Source: Candidatus Falkowbacteria bacterium (GTDB taxonomy: Bacteria > Patescibacteriota > Patescibacteriia > Patescibacteriales > UBA12465). Taken from it: DNA of 64,000 nt. This document shows positions 29,264 through 39,004 of the stretch, in pieces. The notes under the pieces were generated by a model. The model was given only the letters and a program-made list of their open reading frames with translations, was not told the DNA's origin and searched no databases. A program made the position numbers and the translations under genes. The stretch's first letter is position 1. Every line of letters starts with the position of its first letter. Location: the NCBI GenBank assembly GCA_016432645.1, contig CP066698.1, positions 133,062-197,061 on the forward strand, read 5' to 3'.

Positions 29264-29986
29264 ATGAAAAAAATTTGTTTGTTTTTAGGATTCCTAATCT
29301 TCGCGGTTGTAATTATTTCGGCTCAGGAAAATTATGATTATTTGAAGATTACTTTGGTGGACGGGAAGCAATGCTTAAATATCAGAGTCAAAGCTCTTAG
29401 TCTGGGAACTAATTTTTTGGAAAACAATCCGGTTAGAACCGTTACTTTTCAAAAATTTATGGACAGTGAACCGGCAATTACCCAGCCCGAAGGATTTTTT
29501 CTCTGCGAAGAGCTTGATGATTGGCGAAAAAAAACCGACCGTCAGTACCCGCTCACGTTAGCAGAGCAGAGGGCTGCTCAACAAGCAGCTCGATTAGCCG
29601 AAGGCGCAGCAGTTTGTTTATTTGGCGATAGCCTTAAAGACTTACGGCGCGATCAGTTTCTTATGCTTTGGGTTAGTTTGAGCCGAAAAGCAGTAAAAAA
29701 TAGCCGCCGCGATTTGCAAGAAAATTCTGTTAAGGAATCTTGGTTTATCGCTCAGACTGGGGAATTAGTTTGGAATCTGATGCCGAAAAGCTGGACTGTG
29801 GAAGATACCAGGGCGTTTGCTCTTTATCGTCCAAATGATTTGGCAGTTACTCTTCTAGTTGATCCTGGAGCTAATATTATGACTAAAATAATTTTATTTC
29901 CGGAGCTAAAGTATCGCCAGAAATTTTCCTATGACTTGGTTGATAAATCTTCCAAAGATTTAAAGGATTACGCAATTTATAAGTAA
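29264..29986 (+). CDS. Secreted hypothetical protein
   Basis: Signal peptide MKKICLFLGFLIFAVVIISA-Q. Confidence 0.7.
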   Translation: MKKICLFLGFLIFAVVIISAQENYDYLKITLVDGKQCLNIRVKALSLGTNFLENNPVRTVTFQKFMDSEPAITQPEGFFLCEELDDWRKKTDRQYPLTLAEQRAAQQAARLAEGAAVCLFGDSLKDLRRDQFLMLWVSLSRKAVKNSRRDLQENSVKESWFIAQTGELVWNLMPKSWTVEDTRAFALYRPNDLAVTLLVDPGANIMTKIILFPELKYRQKFSYDLVDKSSKDLKDYAIYK

Positions 29987-30085
29987 AAATTTTTCTTTGT
30001 TATAAAGCCGTCAGCTTCTAGTTGGCGGTTTTTATTTTTTAAAAACTAATATTTAAGTTATAATTAGTTTATAATTACAAATATT

Positions 30086-30493
30086 ATGGCTATTTTAATT
30101 GCTCATACTGTTTTAATAAACAAATTGGGAGAAGTCCTTTTGTTGCGGCGCAGTGCTAACGATGAATTTATGCCCGGTTCCTGGGATCTTCCAGGAGGAA
30201 CAGTGGAAGAGAGAGAACATCCTCTAGACGCGGCTACTCGAGAAACGGAGGAAGAGTCTGGTTTTAAGGTTAAAAATTTAAAACCGCTGCTTATTTATTC
30301 TAATTGGGATAAAAAGAAACAAAAGCAATTCGTTTCTTTGATATTTTATACTGAAAAATATCAAGGAAGCTTGAAGCTTAACCCAGACGACCACAATGAC
30401 TATATTTGGGTAAAACCGGCCAAGATTAAGAAGATGTATACTGTTCCTTATTTGCCGGAAGTGGTTCGGGCAATAAAAGAACTTAATAATTGA
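30086..30493 (+). CDS. NUDIX hydrolase
   Basis: PGGTVEEREHPLDAATRETEEESG. Confidence 0.9.
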   Translation: MAILIAHTVLINKLGEVLLLRRSANDEFMPGSWDLPGGTVEEREHPLDAATRETEEESGFKVKNLKPLLIYSNWDKKKQKQFVSLIFYTEKYQGSLKLNPDDHNDYIWVKPAKIKKMYTVPYLPEVVRAIKELNN

Positions 30494-30605
30494 CATTTTT
30501 ATTTTTATATGTCAAACTAAGGGGGCAACGATATCGTGTGTCAAAAAAGTGGTCGATTTTTAAACTCTTTATTAAATTGCAATCTTATAAACTAAGTCTT
30601 AAATT

Positions 30606-30803
30606 ATGACTGGTACTATTAAAACTTTAACCGATAAGGGTTTTGGTTTCATCACCGTTGAAGGCCAAGAGAAGGATTTATTCTTCCACAGCAATGCTTT
30701 AGTCGGTGTTCAATTCAGCGAATTACGTGAAGGCGATGCTCTTTCTTTTGAAACCGAGATGTCCCCTAAAGGTATGAACGCCGTTAATGTTAAGCGCGCT
30801 TAA
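30606..30803 (+). CDS. cspA: Cold-shock protein
   Basis: KGFGFI (RNP1) and DLFFH (RNP2). Confidence 0.95.
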   Translation: MTGTIKTLTDKGFGFITVEGQEKDLFFHSNALVGVQFSELREGDALSFETEMSPKGMNAVNVKRA

Positions 30804-30918
30804 TATCAACTTCTGAATTAAAGAGGGCCCCGCCCGATTTTATTGCGGCGGGGTTTTCTGTGGAGCCCAAAAAGTTTTAAATTAAAATATTAAAAATTAA
30901 TTAAACTATAAAATTATT

Positions 30919-31503
30919 ATGAAAGATTTTAATCGCGGAGGAGGTTTTAGAGATAAGCGAGGCGGCGGCTTTGATCGTCGAGATTCTGGCAGTCGCGGCG
31001 GCTTTAATCGTGGCGGGAATGGCGGCGGTTTTGACCGTCCGGCTATGCATCGGGCGACTTGTGCCGAATGCGGCCAAAGCTGTGAGGTGCCTTTTAAACC
31101 GACCGGTGAAAGACCGGTTTATTGCAGTAATTGTTTTAAAAATAAAGATGAGGGCGCTCCAAGAAGAGACGATCGTCATGAGCATCGTCCTGAAAGCCGT
31201 TTCGACGGCCGCCCTGAACATAGAGAATTTAACAAGCCGGCAGTTAATGCTAACAACTTTTCTAACGAGCAGTTTGAAACTTTAAACGCTAAGCTTGATA
31301 AAATATTACGCGCTTTAAATTCCACTCCGGTAAATTCCGCTTTAAAAGTAGCGGCTCTTAGCGAACCGCTTAAAGAAGCTGCTAAAAAGATAGAGACTAA
31401 AGCCGCTTCAGTAGCCAAGGAAATAAAAAAAGAAGTTAAAAAAGTTATTAAAAAATCAGTAGCCGCTAAAGCTAAGCCAGCGGCTAAGAAAAAGAAGAAA
31501 TAA
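30919..31503 (+). CDS. CxxC-x17-CxxC domain protein with RGG N-terminus and Lys-rich tail
   Basis: CAECGQSCEVPFKPTGERPVYCSNC. Confidence 0.9.
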   Translation: MKDFNRGGGFRDKRGGGFDRRDSGSRGGFNRGGNGGGFDRPAMHRATCAECGQSCEVPFKPTGERPVYCSNCFKNKDEGAPRRDDRHEHRPESRFDGRPEHREFNKPAVNANNFSNEQFETLNAKLDKILRALNSTPVNSALKVAALSEPLKEAAKKIETKAASVAKEIKKEVKKVIKKSVAAKAKPAAKKKKK

Positions 31504-31507
31504 GCGT

Positions 31508-32959
31508 ATGGCTGAGGAAGTAGTCTTAAGATTTGATGACGTTAAATTTGAATATGTCCACAAGAAGCCCGTTTTAGACGAGGCTTCTTTCAGTGTGCGT
31601 CAGGGTGCGAAAATAACTTTAATGGGTCAGAATGGTGCCGGCAAAAGTACTATTTTTGGCTTAATTAAAAAAGAGTTGACGCCGCAAAAAGGAACTATTT
31701 CAGTTTCTTCGGATGCTACTATTGGCACCGCCCGACAAACAATCGCGCGGGAAGATTTAGATTTAAACGTTGAACAATATTTTTCCAAAAGTTTTCGTGA
31801 GATGCCGGGAAATATTAAGAGCCTGATTGCTAAAGCTTTGGATGCGGTTAATTTTTCGATTCCGCTTGATCGCCGTATCGGCGATTTGTCCGGCGGCCAG
31901 CAAGCACGGATTTTATTAGCCTATTCGCTTATAGAAAACCCCGATATTTTATTGCTTGATGAGCCAACTAATAATTTAGACAAGGACGGCATTGATCATT
32001 TGATTGGTTTCTTGCTGACTTACGATAAAACAGTTTTAGTTATTTCTCATGATGCCGACTTTTTGAATTGTTTTACCGAAGGCGTCATCTACTTGGACAG
32101 TTTTACTCATAAGACAGAAATGTATGTCGGCGATTATTATTCCGTGGTGGAAGAAATTTCCCGCCGGGTAGAGAGGGAACAGCGCCAAAATGCCCAGATG
32201 GAAAAACAAATAAAAGACCGCAAGGAAAAAGTTAATTTCTTCGCCCATAAGGGAGGGAAGATGCGTAAGTTAGCGGCTAAGATGAAAGAGGAAACAGAGG
32301 AACTTGAAGAAAATAAAGTTGATGTCCGGCGCGAAGATAAAACTATCCGCGATTTTGAAATCCCCATGCAGGATATTACTGGTGAAATCGTCTCTTTGAA
32401 AAAAATTAAAATTGTTAAGAATCATGAGCCTATTATTAAAGATATTAACATCGCTCTGCGCAAAAAAGACCGTCTGTTGGTGATTGGTCCTAATGGTATC
32501 GGCAAGAGTACGCTTTTGCGTTCACTCGTTTCTGGCAAGCAGGAAGGGCAAACAATTTTGGCAGGAGCTAAGGTCGGTTATTATAGCCAGGATTTTTCTA
32601 ATTTAGACTTTGAACAAACCGTTTTTGATTCTTTGATGGGTTGTTTGGCTGATGGTTTAGGCGAGCAGGAAATGCGTTCGACAGCAGCTGGATTTTTAAT
32701 CACCGGTGAGTTAATGGGCCAAAAAATCGGCGCCTTGTCTGAAGGACAGAAAGGACTTTTAGCTTTTGCTAGATTAACTTTAATGCAGCCTAGTCTGTTG
32801 ATTTTAGACGAACCGACAAATCATATTAATTTTCGCCATCTGCCGGTACTCGCGGCGGCGATTAATGAATTCCCGGGAACCATTATTATGGTCAGTCATA
32901 TGCCGGAATTTGTGGCACAGATTAAGTTCACGGATGAATTAGATTTAGGCAAGTTATAA
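31508..32959 (+). CDS. ABC-F family ATPase
   Basis: Two ABC domains (GQNGAGKS/LSGGQ/DEPTN; GPNGIGKS/LSEGQ/DEPTN), no TM. Confidence 0.92.
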   Translation: MAEEVVLRFDDVKFEYVHKKPVLDEASFSVRQGAKITLMGQNGAGKSTIFGLIKKELTPQKGTISVSSDATIGTARQTIAREDLDLNVEQYFSKSFREMPGNIKSLIAKALDAVNFSIPLDRRIGDLSGGQQARILLAYSLIENPDILLLDEPTNNLDKDGIDHLIGFLLTYDKTVLVISHDADFLNCFTEGVIYLDSFTHKTEMYVGDYYSVVEEISRRVEREQRQNAQMEKQIKDRKEKVNFFAHKGGKMRKLAAKMKEETEELEENKVDVRREDKTIRDFEIPMQDITGEIVSLKKIKIVKNHEPIIKDINIALRKKDRLLVIGPNGIGKSTLLRSLVSGKQEGQTILAGAKVGYYSQDFSNLDFEQTVFDSLMGCLADGLGEQEMRSTAAGFLITGELMGQKIGALSEGQKGLLAFARLTLMQPSLLILDEPTNHINFRHLPVLAAAINEFPGTIIMVSHMPEFVAQIKFTDELDLGKL

Positions 32960-33044
32960 ATATTTTTGAAAAATAGTAAATAAAAAAGGCCGGATTTTTT
33001 CGGCCTTTTTTTTGTTTTTTAGGTTTTTAGCAAAGAGCGCGTTT

Positions 33045-33761
33045 TTAAAAAAAAGCGGTAACGGTTAAGGGAGATAATAAGCCGATAACAGCGTTTTCTT
33101 CTTGAAAAATTTTAAATCCTTGGCGACTAATCCAGATTCCGCCAATAAATTCCAACTCCTCCTCCTGCTTGGGAGCTAAAAACACCAAGCGGTAGTGCAT
33201 GCGCCAACTTAAAGGCAGGCCGGGCGTGTTTAGGGGCATATAAAATTTCTGCAAGTAACTTTCACCGGAATAGATAAATTTTATAATTCCGGTTCTCGTT
33301 GTGAAACCATTTTTGTAGCCGAGACGTCGCCATTCCGGGTGCCAGATTTTGGTTACGCCTTTAGTGTTTTTGACACAGAAGGGTTGGTTCCAATTTAATT
33401 TTCTTTCAAAATTTTGTGAATTCAAGGGCTCCCACAATCCCAGCTCAACCCCGGCTTTAAAGTCAATCTCAAATTCGTGCTGCGAGGCGGAATATAATTT
33501 ATTTTCCAGCCAGGGAAGTTCGTCGCGCAAGAATGAGCCGGCCAAATTTTTAATTATTTGGGCGGACTTCAGGCCGCTCCCGTAGTTAAAGGCATTAAGC
33601 GAGCCATTTGGGGAACAGTCCAAGGCGATAAAAACATCCTGGTTTTCCGGCTTTGGCAGTTTAGATACCAGTTGTTTGGCTTGAAAGACGTGCGATTCAA
33701 AAACTTGCAGAATTTCATTGGAAGGAACAAATTTTTCATTTTTACTTTTACTTTTTTTCAT
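33045..33761 (-). CDS. Hypothetical protein, possibly ATP-grasp-like C-terminus
   Basis: YLQKFY...YRLVF...FIGG pattern; weak. Confidence 0.6.
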   Translation of the reverse strand: MKKSKSKNEKFVPSNEILQVFESHVFQAKQLVSKLPKPENQDVFIALDCSPNGSLNAFNYGSGLKSAQIIKNLAGSFLRDELPWLENKLYSASQHEFEIDFKAGVELGLWEPLNSQNFERKLNWNQPFCVKNTKGVTKIWHPEWRRLGYKNGFTTRTGIIKFIYSGESYLQKFYMPLNTPGLPLSWRMHYRLVFLAPKQEEELEFIGGIWISRQGFKIFQEENAVIGLLSPLTVTAFF

Positions 33762-33893
33762 GATACTTAATTTTAAGAGTGAAACAATATTTAATTATTA
33801 AGGTTCTTTTAAAAAACAAAGACCGGGTTCTGTTGGAGAATCCGGTCGTTATTTATTGATTTTTTCTTTTTTTAGGATGTTTATTCCATGGGA

Positions 33894-33974
33894 TTAATCA
33901 ATAAAAATTTGCCGGAGATTGCTCCAGAAATTAAATTGATTATTGTAGTAGTTGTTCAGCGATAAATTAAACAT
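33894..33974 (-). CDS. Putative 26-aa leader peptide MFNLSLNNYYNNQFNFWSNLRQIFID
   Basis: ATG about 7 nt after -10 TAAAAT (-35 TTGCCA); terminator-like hairpin 33821-33847 follows. Confidence 0.35.
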   Translation of the reverse strand: MFNLSLNNYYNNQFNFWSNLRQIFID

Positions 33975-34130
33975 AAAGATATTTTAACAGATATTAAATT
34001 TTTGGCAAGCATTATTACTGCTTAAATTAGCTAATATTGACAAAAATATATCTTTGTGATAATTTAGGGCTACTAGACCTTTAATATTTTAATATTAAAA
34101 ATAATCTTAAACTGATAAAATTCTGAAAAG

Positions 34131-34466
34131 ATGAAGACTATTTTTGCTTTTGCATTGTTATTAATGGGGAGCTTATTAAGCTGTACCCCAGAATCAATTG
34201 ATGTGCGGATTGTGGGCAGCAATGACACAATCCCGTTCATTGAGAACCGCTTGAACCTCTCTATCGGCGATACGTGTATCGTTGAAAAACACTGGCTTAA
34301 TTATTTTGACGGCACTTACTACCGTGAAGAGTATAAGACAGTAACTAAGATTGAATCTGAAAGACGGCTCAAGACCGCTTTTGTTTGGGCGGCTAAAGGT
34401 ACGCCGCGGGAACGCTTGGTTGAAGGCGCTGTTTATCAGCCGGCTATAGTTATCAAAAAGTATTAG
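34131..34466 (+). CDS. Putative lipoprotein
   Basis: Lipobox LLSC after hydrophobic signal; TTGACA promoter at 34037. Confidence 0.7.
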   Translation: MKTIFAFALLLMGSLLSCTPESIDVRIVGSNDTIPFIENRLNLSIGDTCIVEKHWLNYFDGTYYREEYKTVTKIESERRLKTAFVWAAKGTPRERLVEGAVYQPAIVIKKY

Positions 34467-34468
34467 CC

Positions 34469-35167
34469 ATGCGAATCCTATTGCACGGCAACTACGAAGG
34501 CCAAGCCTTTGTGTTGCGTAAAGAAAACGGCGATGTCTATCAGCGGATAGAACCGAATACTATTTTTGGTATCGGTGATTTTATCAGCTATTTTGCTAAA
34601 AGAATTTGGTGGAGTCGCCAGCCATTTATCGCGCTTATCACCCTCGGTCCTAACGAGGATGCTAAAAAAATCCGAAACTTAAAAAGAAGCCGTCAGAAAG
34701 GTTTCATTTTAAAACCAGGTAAAGGATTGTGGGCGACTTCTTTCGGTAGTGCTCATCGCGGCGTTTGGCATTTGCTAAAAACTGTCAGCGACCCAATTCT
34801 AATTGCTCTATGGTCTCATGAATTACCTTCTGATTTTTTACAGACAGTCTCTGAAATTGATACCAAGGTTTATGAGGGCGGTAATTTATGTGAGCATTCC
34901 CGGGGTGCTGGTAATTATAATTTTTCTTTTGCTACTGACGGGAATACCGCAGAACTGCGCCGCCAAGTATTTGGTAAGCATCCCCGTGGCAAATTCTGCC
35001 CGATTCGCGAAGCGACTATTCAAGTTGTTGGGGGAACATATTGCGTCCAGTCAGTCAGACGCAAGGAAAACAATGGAAAGATTTATCCCAAAGTTACCTC
35101 TGTAATTATAACCGCCGATGCTGATAAAGCAGAGGTGGCTAAAATTATCCATCAAATGATGCGTTAA
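34469..35167 (+). CDS. Hypothetical protein
   Basis: 232-aa ORF 2 nt after the lipoprotein gene; terminator at about 35193-35230. Confidence 0.7.
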   Translation: MRILLHGNYEGQAFVLRKENGDVYQRIEPNTIFGIGDFISYFAKRIWWSRQPFIALITLGPNEDAKKIRNLKRSRQKGFILKPGKGLWATSFGSAHRGVWHLLKTVSDPILIALWSHELPSDFLQTVSEIDTKVYEGGNLCEHSRGAGNYNFSFATDGNTAELRRQVFGKHPRGKFCPIREATIQVVGGTYCVQSVRRKENNGKIYPKVTSVIITADADKAEVAKIIHQMMR

Positions 35168-35291
35168 ATCGCAGTAAATTTAAAATTTTTTGAGCGGTCT
35201 CTAAGTTAATTAGAGGCCGTTTTTATTTTTTATTAGTATTTCTGATTATTTAGAGTTATAATAAATTTGTAAATATTTTTATGGCAATTTT

Positions 35292-36218
35292 ATGATTAAA
35301 TATTATCAGCGCACAGTTAAAGATAATAAGCTTAAAAAATTGGCTGAGTTTCAAATCGGCAGCCTGGTTTATGTCAGCGATCCAAGCGAGGAGGAAGTCC
35401 AAATGATTTCTAAAAAATTTGCGCTGGAAGAAGGGTTGATTTTGGATGCCCTTGATCCCTACGAATCACCGCGTATGGAAATTAAAAAAAATGTCGCGTA
35501 TATTTTTTCTCGAATTCCTGAGTCTAAAGAAAGTTTAAAACAAACTTCAACTTTTCCGGTAATGTTTGCTGTTGGCAAGGATTTTTTAATGATTGTGTCT
35601 CGTAAAAATCCAGATTTTTTAATATCTATTGTTGATAAACGCAAGAAATATTTTACCACTCAGCGCACCAAATTATTTTTGCGCCTATTTTCAGAAATAG
35701 CCGGAATGTATAGTGACTTGCTTAATAAGATTAATAAAAGGATTAACTACTTTTCTCTCAATGTCGGTAATTTTAAAGATCAAGATATTATCAATTTTAT
35801 TAATTACGAGGTTATTCTTAATGATTTTATTAATGCGCTTTTGCCGCTACGCCACGTACTCACCAATATTTTATCCGGAAAAACTTTAGAGTTGTATCAA
35901 GATGATAAAGAATTGGTTGAGGATTTACAGCTTAATAATGAGCAGCTGATTGAGCGTTCAAAAAGTAATCTCACCAATATTGTTAATATCCGCCAAGCAC
36001 ATGAAGTTATTTCCACTAATCGCTTAAACCGAGTCATGAAAGTTTTAACCGTATCCACGGTTATCTTGGCATTGCCAACGATGATTACCAGTTTTTATGG
36101 AATGAATGTTCGCTTGCCTTTTGATAAAAATCCGGATGCTTATTGGGGAATCATTGCCTCGATTTTGGTTTTGATTGGTGTTTTATTGGTTTTCCTGAGA
36201 AAGAAAAAAATAATTTAG
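35292..36218 (+). CDS. corA: CorA family Mg2+ transporter
   Basis: YGMN signature with two C-terminal TMs. Confidence 0.95.
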   Translation: MIKYYQRTVKDNKLKKLAEFQIGSLVYVSDPSEEEVQMISKKFALEEGLILDALDPYESPRMEIKKNVAYIFSRIPESKESLKQTSTFPVMFAVGKDFLMIVSRKNPDFLISIVDKRKKYFTTQRTKLFLRLFSEIAGMYSDLLNKINKRINYFSLNVGNFKDQDIINFINYEVILNDFINALLPLRHVLTNILSGKTLELYQDDKELVEDLQLNNEQLIERSKSNLTNIVNIRQAHEVISTNRLNRVMKVLTVSTVILALPTMITSFYGMNVRLPFDKNPDAYWGIIASILVLIGVLLVFLRKKKII

Positions 36219-36225
36219 AAATTTT

Positions 36226-36858
36226 ATGACCGTCTGGGACAAGATTTATAAAAACTATCAGGAAGGCGGGGAAGAATATGCAACCTTAAAAAAGGGATTG
36301 ATTCCAGAGTTCCTTGATTTTATCGGTTCGCGCGAGTTTAAAATTAAAAGGGTTTTGGATTTGGGTTGCGGTAACGGCAAATATTTAGTTTTTTTAAAAA
36401 ATTTAGGCTTTAAGACTGATGGCCTTGATTCCAGCCCGACTGCGGTAGAAATGACTAAAGCGGCTTTGGATGACGACTCAGATATTCGCTGTTTAAATAT
36501 GTATGATTATGAGCCGACACCAGAAAAATATGATTTGATAATTTCCGTTGCAGCGATTCATCATGGTCTTAAACTTCAGGTAAAGTCTTTAATCAAGCGT
36601 CTTTATCCAGCCTTAGTTCCTGGCGGAAGATTTTTTATTACGCTTCCTGATAATGAGGGTAGCGCCCATTGGACGATGATGGTTGGACATGAGGAAGTGG
36701 AGCCGGGAACTAGAGTTCCGCTTTCCGGTCCGGAAAAGGGCCTGCCGCATAGCTCTTTTACCAAGGAAGAAATTAAGGCGATGTTATCTGACTTTAAAAA
36801 AATTAAAATGGAGTTATTGGCTGACCAGGGCCGCTGGATAGTTAGTGGTGAAAAATAA
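36226..36858 (+). CDS. Class I SAM-dependent methyltransferase
   Basis: VLDLGCGNG, LVPGG. Confidence 0.9.
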   Translation: MTVWDKIYKNYQEGGEEYATLKKGLIPEFLDFIGSREFKIKRVLDLGCGNGKYLVFLKNLGFKTDGLDSSPTAVEMTKAALDDDSDIRCLNMYDYEPTPEKYDLIISVAAIHHGLKLQVKSLIKRLYPALVPGGRFFITLPDNEGSAHWTMMVGHEEVEPGTRVPLSGPEKGLPHSSFTKEEIKAMLSDFKKIKMELLADQGRWIVSGEK

Positions 36859-36990
36859 TTATAATTTTGAATTTTTACATCTAATATAAGCCAAAATTAC
36901 TCCAGGCAAATATCTTGACTTAATTTAAGATATGTGCTATTATTAAGCTATTAAATCAAGATTCGAATATCAAGTATTTCTGTCATATAT

Positions 36991-37029
36991 TAAGTGGCCT
37001 GAAAGATAATCGGGTCACTTATTTTTTTT
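36991..37029 (+). promoter_or_regulatory. Terminator-like hairpin in 5' UTR of DEAD-box helicase
   Basis: 12-bp stem plus T8 ending at the ATG; promoter TTGACT-17nt-TATTAT at 36915-36943. Confidence 0.6.
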
Positions 37030-38493
37030 ATGACTAAAAACGTTGACGCTAAGCGTCAAGCGGTTGCTTCTTCTGTTAAAGAAGAGCAATCATTTGCTGA
37101 TTTAGGAATCAGTAATTCAATCTTGGAAATTCTCAAAAAATTAAATTTAGAGATTCCCACTCCGATTCAAGCTAAAACTATTCCGGCCGCTATTTCTGGC
37201 CAGGACATTATCGGTATTGCTCAAACTGGGACCGGTAAGACTTTTGCCTTTGGTATTCCGATGCTGGAAAGACTGGGCAAGCTTAAGGGTCAGGGCTTAG
37301 TTATTGCTCCGACTCGCGAATTAGCCTTGCAGGTTGATGAAAGTATTAAGAAACTAGGACAACCGTTAGGTTTGCGCACAGCGGTTTTAATCGGCGGCGA
37401 ATCTTTGGACCGCCAGCTTTTTCATTTGCGTAAAAAACCGCATATTGTAGTTGCGACTCCTGGCCGTTTAATCGACCATTTAAAGCGCCATACTTTTAAG
37501 TTAGACCAAGTAAATACGCTCGTGCTGGATGAAGCCGACATGATGTTGGACATGGGGTTCGCCCCGCAAATCAAAGAAATTTTAGATCAGATGCCAGTTA
37601 ACCGCCAGACTATGTTATTCTCAGCGACAATGCCAGCCGCGATTGTGAAGATTGCCGCTAGTTATATGAAATTGCCGATTAGCATTGAAGTCGCTCCTCA
37701 GGGTACTACCGCCGCCCAAATCGACCAAGAAATTTTTATTATCAGAGGCGACGAACGTTTTGAGCATTTGGTAAAAGTTTTAGCTGCTTATTCTGGTTCA
37801 GTTTTAGTTTTTGTGCGCACTAAGCACGGAGTTAAAACTTTAACTATGAAATTAAAAGCCTTGGGACAGCGAGCTACCGAGATTCATTCCAACTTATCTT
37901 TAAGCCGCCGCCGTGCCGCGCTTGACGCCTTCAAGTCTCAAAGAGAACGTATTTTAGTGGCTACCGATGTGGCGGCGCGCGGGCTGGATGTTAACGGAAT
38001 TGAGCTTGTGGTTAATTATAATTTACCGGATAATTCCGAAGATTATGTCCATCGCATCGGCCGTACGGCTCGGGCCGGAAAATCCGGCAAAGCCATCACC
38101 TTCGCCACTATCGATGAACGTAAAGAAATTATGGCAATTGAAAAATTGATTAATAAAAGCATTAAGCGAACGGAATTTGCGAAAATATCAACTCCTCAAT
38201 TTTCTCATCCGAAAATATCCGCTGATCAAAGCCGAAAAAAATCTTTTACGGCTAAACCTTTCCGTTCCTCAGTTTCCTCTAAGCCCTTCCGCTCATCAGC
38301 TACTGGTGGGGCGCAGCAATTCCGTAGCCGCGGTGTTGAGGCTAAGCCTTTTCGCCCCAAGCTTTCAGCCAGTGCGGCGGCGCGTCGCAGCCATCCAAAT
38401 GCCGGCAGTGGGCGCCCTATGGCTAATAGGCGTCCAACTGGCCAACCCTTTTTTGGTAAAGCAGTGGCCCCTAAATTTAAAAGAAGTAGATAA
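37030..38493 (+). CDS. DEAD-box RNA helicase
   Basis: AQTGTGKT, PTRELA, TPGR, DEAD, SAT, HRIGRTAR; basic tail with KPFR repeats. Confidence 0.97.
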   Translation: MTKNVDAKRQAVASSVKEEQSFADLGISNSILEILKKLNLEIPTPIQAKTIPAAISGQDIIGIAQTGTGKTFAFGIPMLERLGKLKGQGLVIAPTRELALQVDESIKKLGQPLGLRTAVLIGGESLDRQLFHLRKKPHIVVATPGRLIDHLKRHTFKLDQVNTLVLDEADMMLDMGFAPQIKEILDQMPVNRQTMLFSATMPAAIVKIAASYMKLPISIEVAPQGTTAAQIDQEIFIIRGDERFEHLVKVLAAYSGSVLVFVRTKHGVKTLTMKLKALGQRATEIHSNLSLSRRRAALDAFKSQRERILVATDVAARGLDVNGIELVVNYNLPDNSEDYVHRIGRTARAGKSGKAITFATIDERKEIMAIEKLINKSIKRTEFAKISTPQFSHPKISADQSRKKSFTAKPFRSSVSSKPFRSSATGGAQQFRSRGVEAKPFRPKLSASAAARRSHPNAGSGRPMANRRPTGQPFFGKAVAPKFKRSR

Positions 38494-38561
38494 ATATGCT
38501 AAAATAAAACCGTTCCTTTAGGGGGACGGTTTTTTGTTCAAAATTATTTTATTTTAAGCTT

Positions 38562-38993
38562 ATGCCGGTACATGAAGGGAAAATCAGGGGTTTAGCGGTC
38601 GCTTTAATCAGACAAGGGAATAAAGTGTTAGTTTCTCCCGGTCATGATGATGTTAGGGGTACAGATTTTTATCGCCTACTCGGCGGCGGCATTGAATTTG
38701 GAGAAACCAGTTTGGAAGCGGTGGTTCGGGAAATACGTGAAGAATTGAATGTCGAACTAGAAAACATTAAGTTGCTGGATATTGTGGAAAACATTTTTAC
38801 TTATAACGGTAAACCAGGACACGAATTTTCTTTTATTTACGAAGCAGAATTTGTTGATAAAAGTCTCTATCAGCAAGAGAGTTTTAAAATTATTGATAGC
38901 GGCGAGGAATTTAAGGCTGTTTGGGTAGAAATTAATGAAAGTAATGCTGACAAATTATTCCCCGGCAATTGGCAAAAAAATAAAATATTTTAA
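38562..38993 (+). CDS. NUDIX hydrolase
   Basis: GGGIEFGETSLEAVVREIREEL. Confidence 0.9.
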   Translation: MPVHEGKIRGLAVALIRQGNKVLVSPGHDDVRGTDFYRLLGGGIEFGETSLEAVVREIREELNVELENIKLLDIVENIFTYNGKPGHEFSFIYEAEFVDKSLYQQESFKIIDSGEEFKAVWVEINESNADKLFPGNWQKNKIF

Positions 38994-39004
38994 TTTTTAC
39001 ATGT

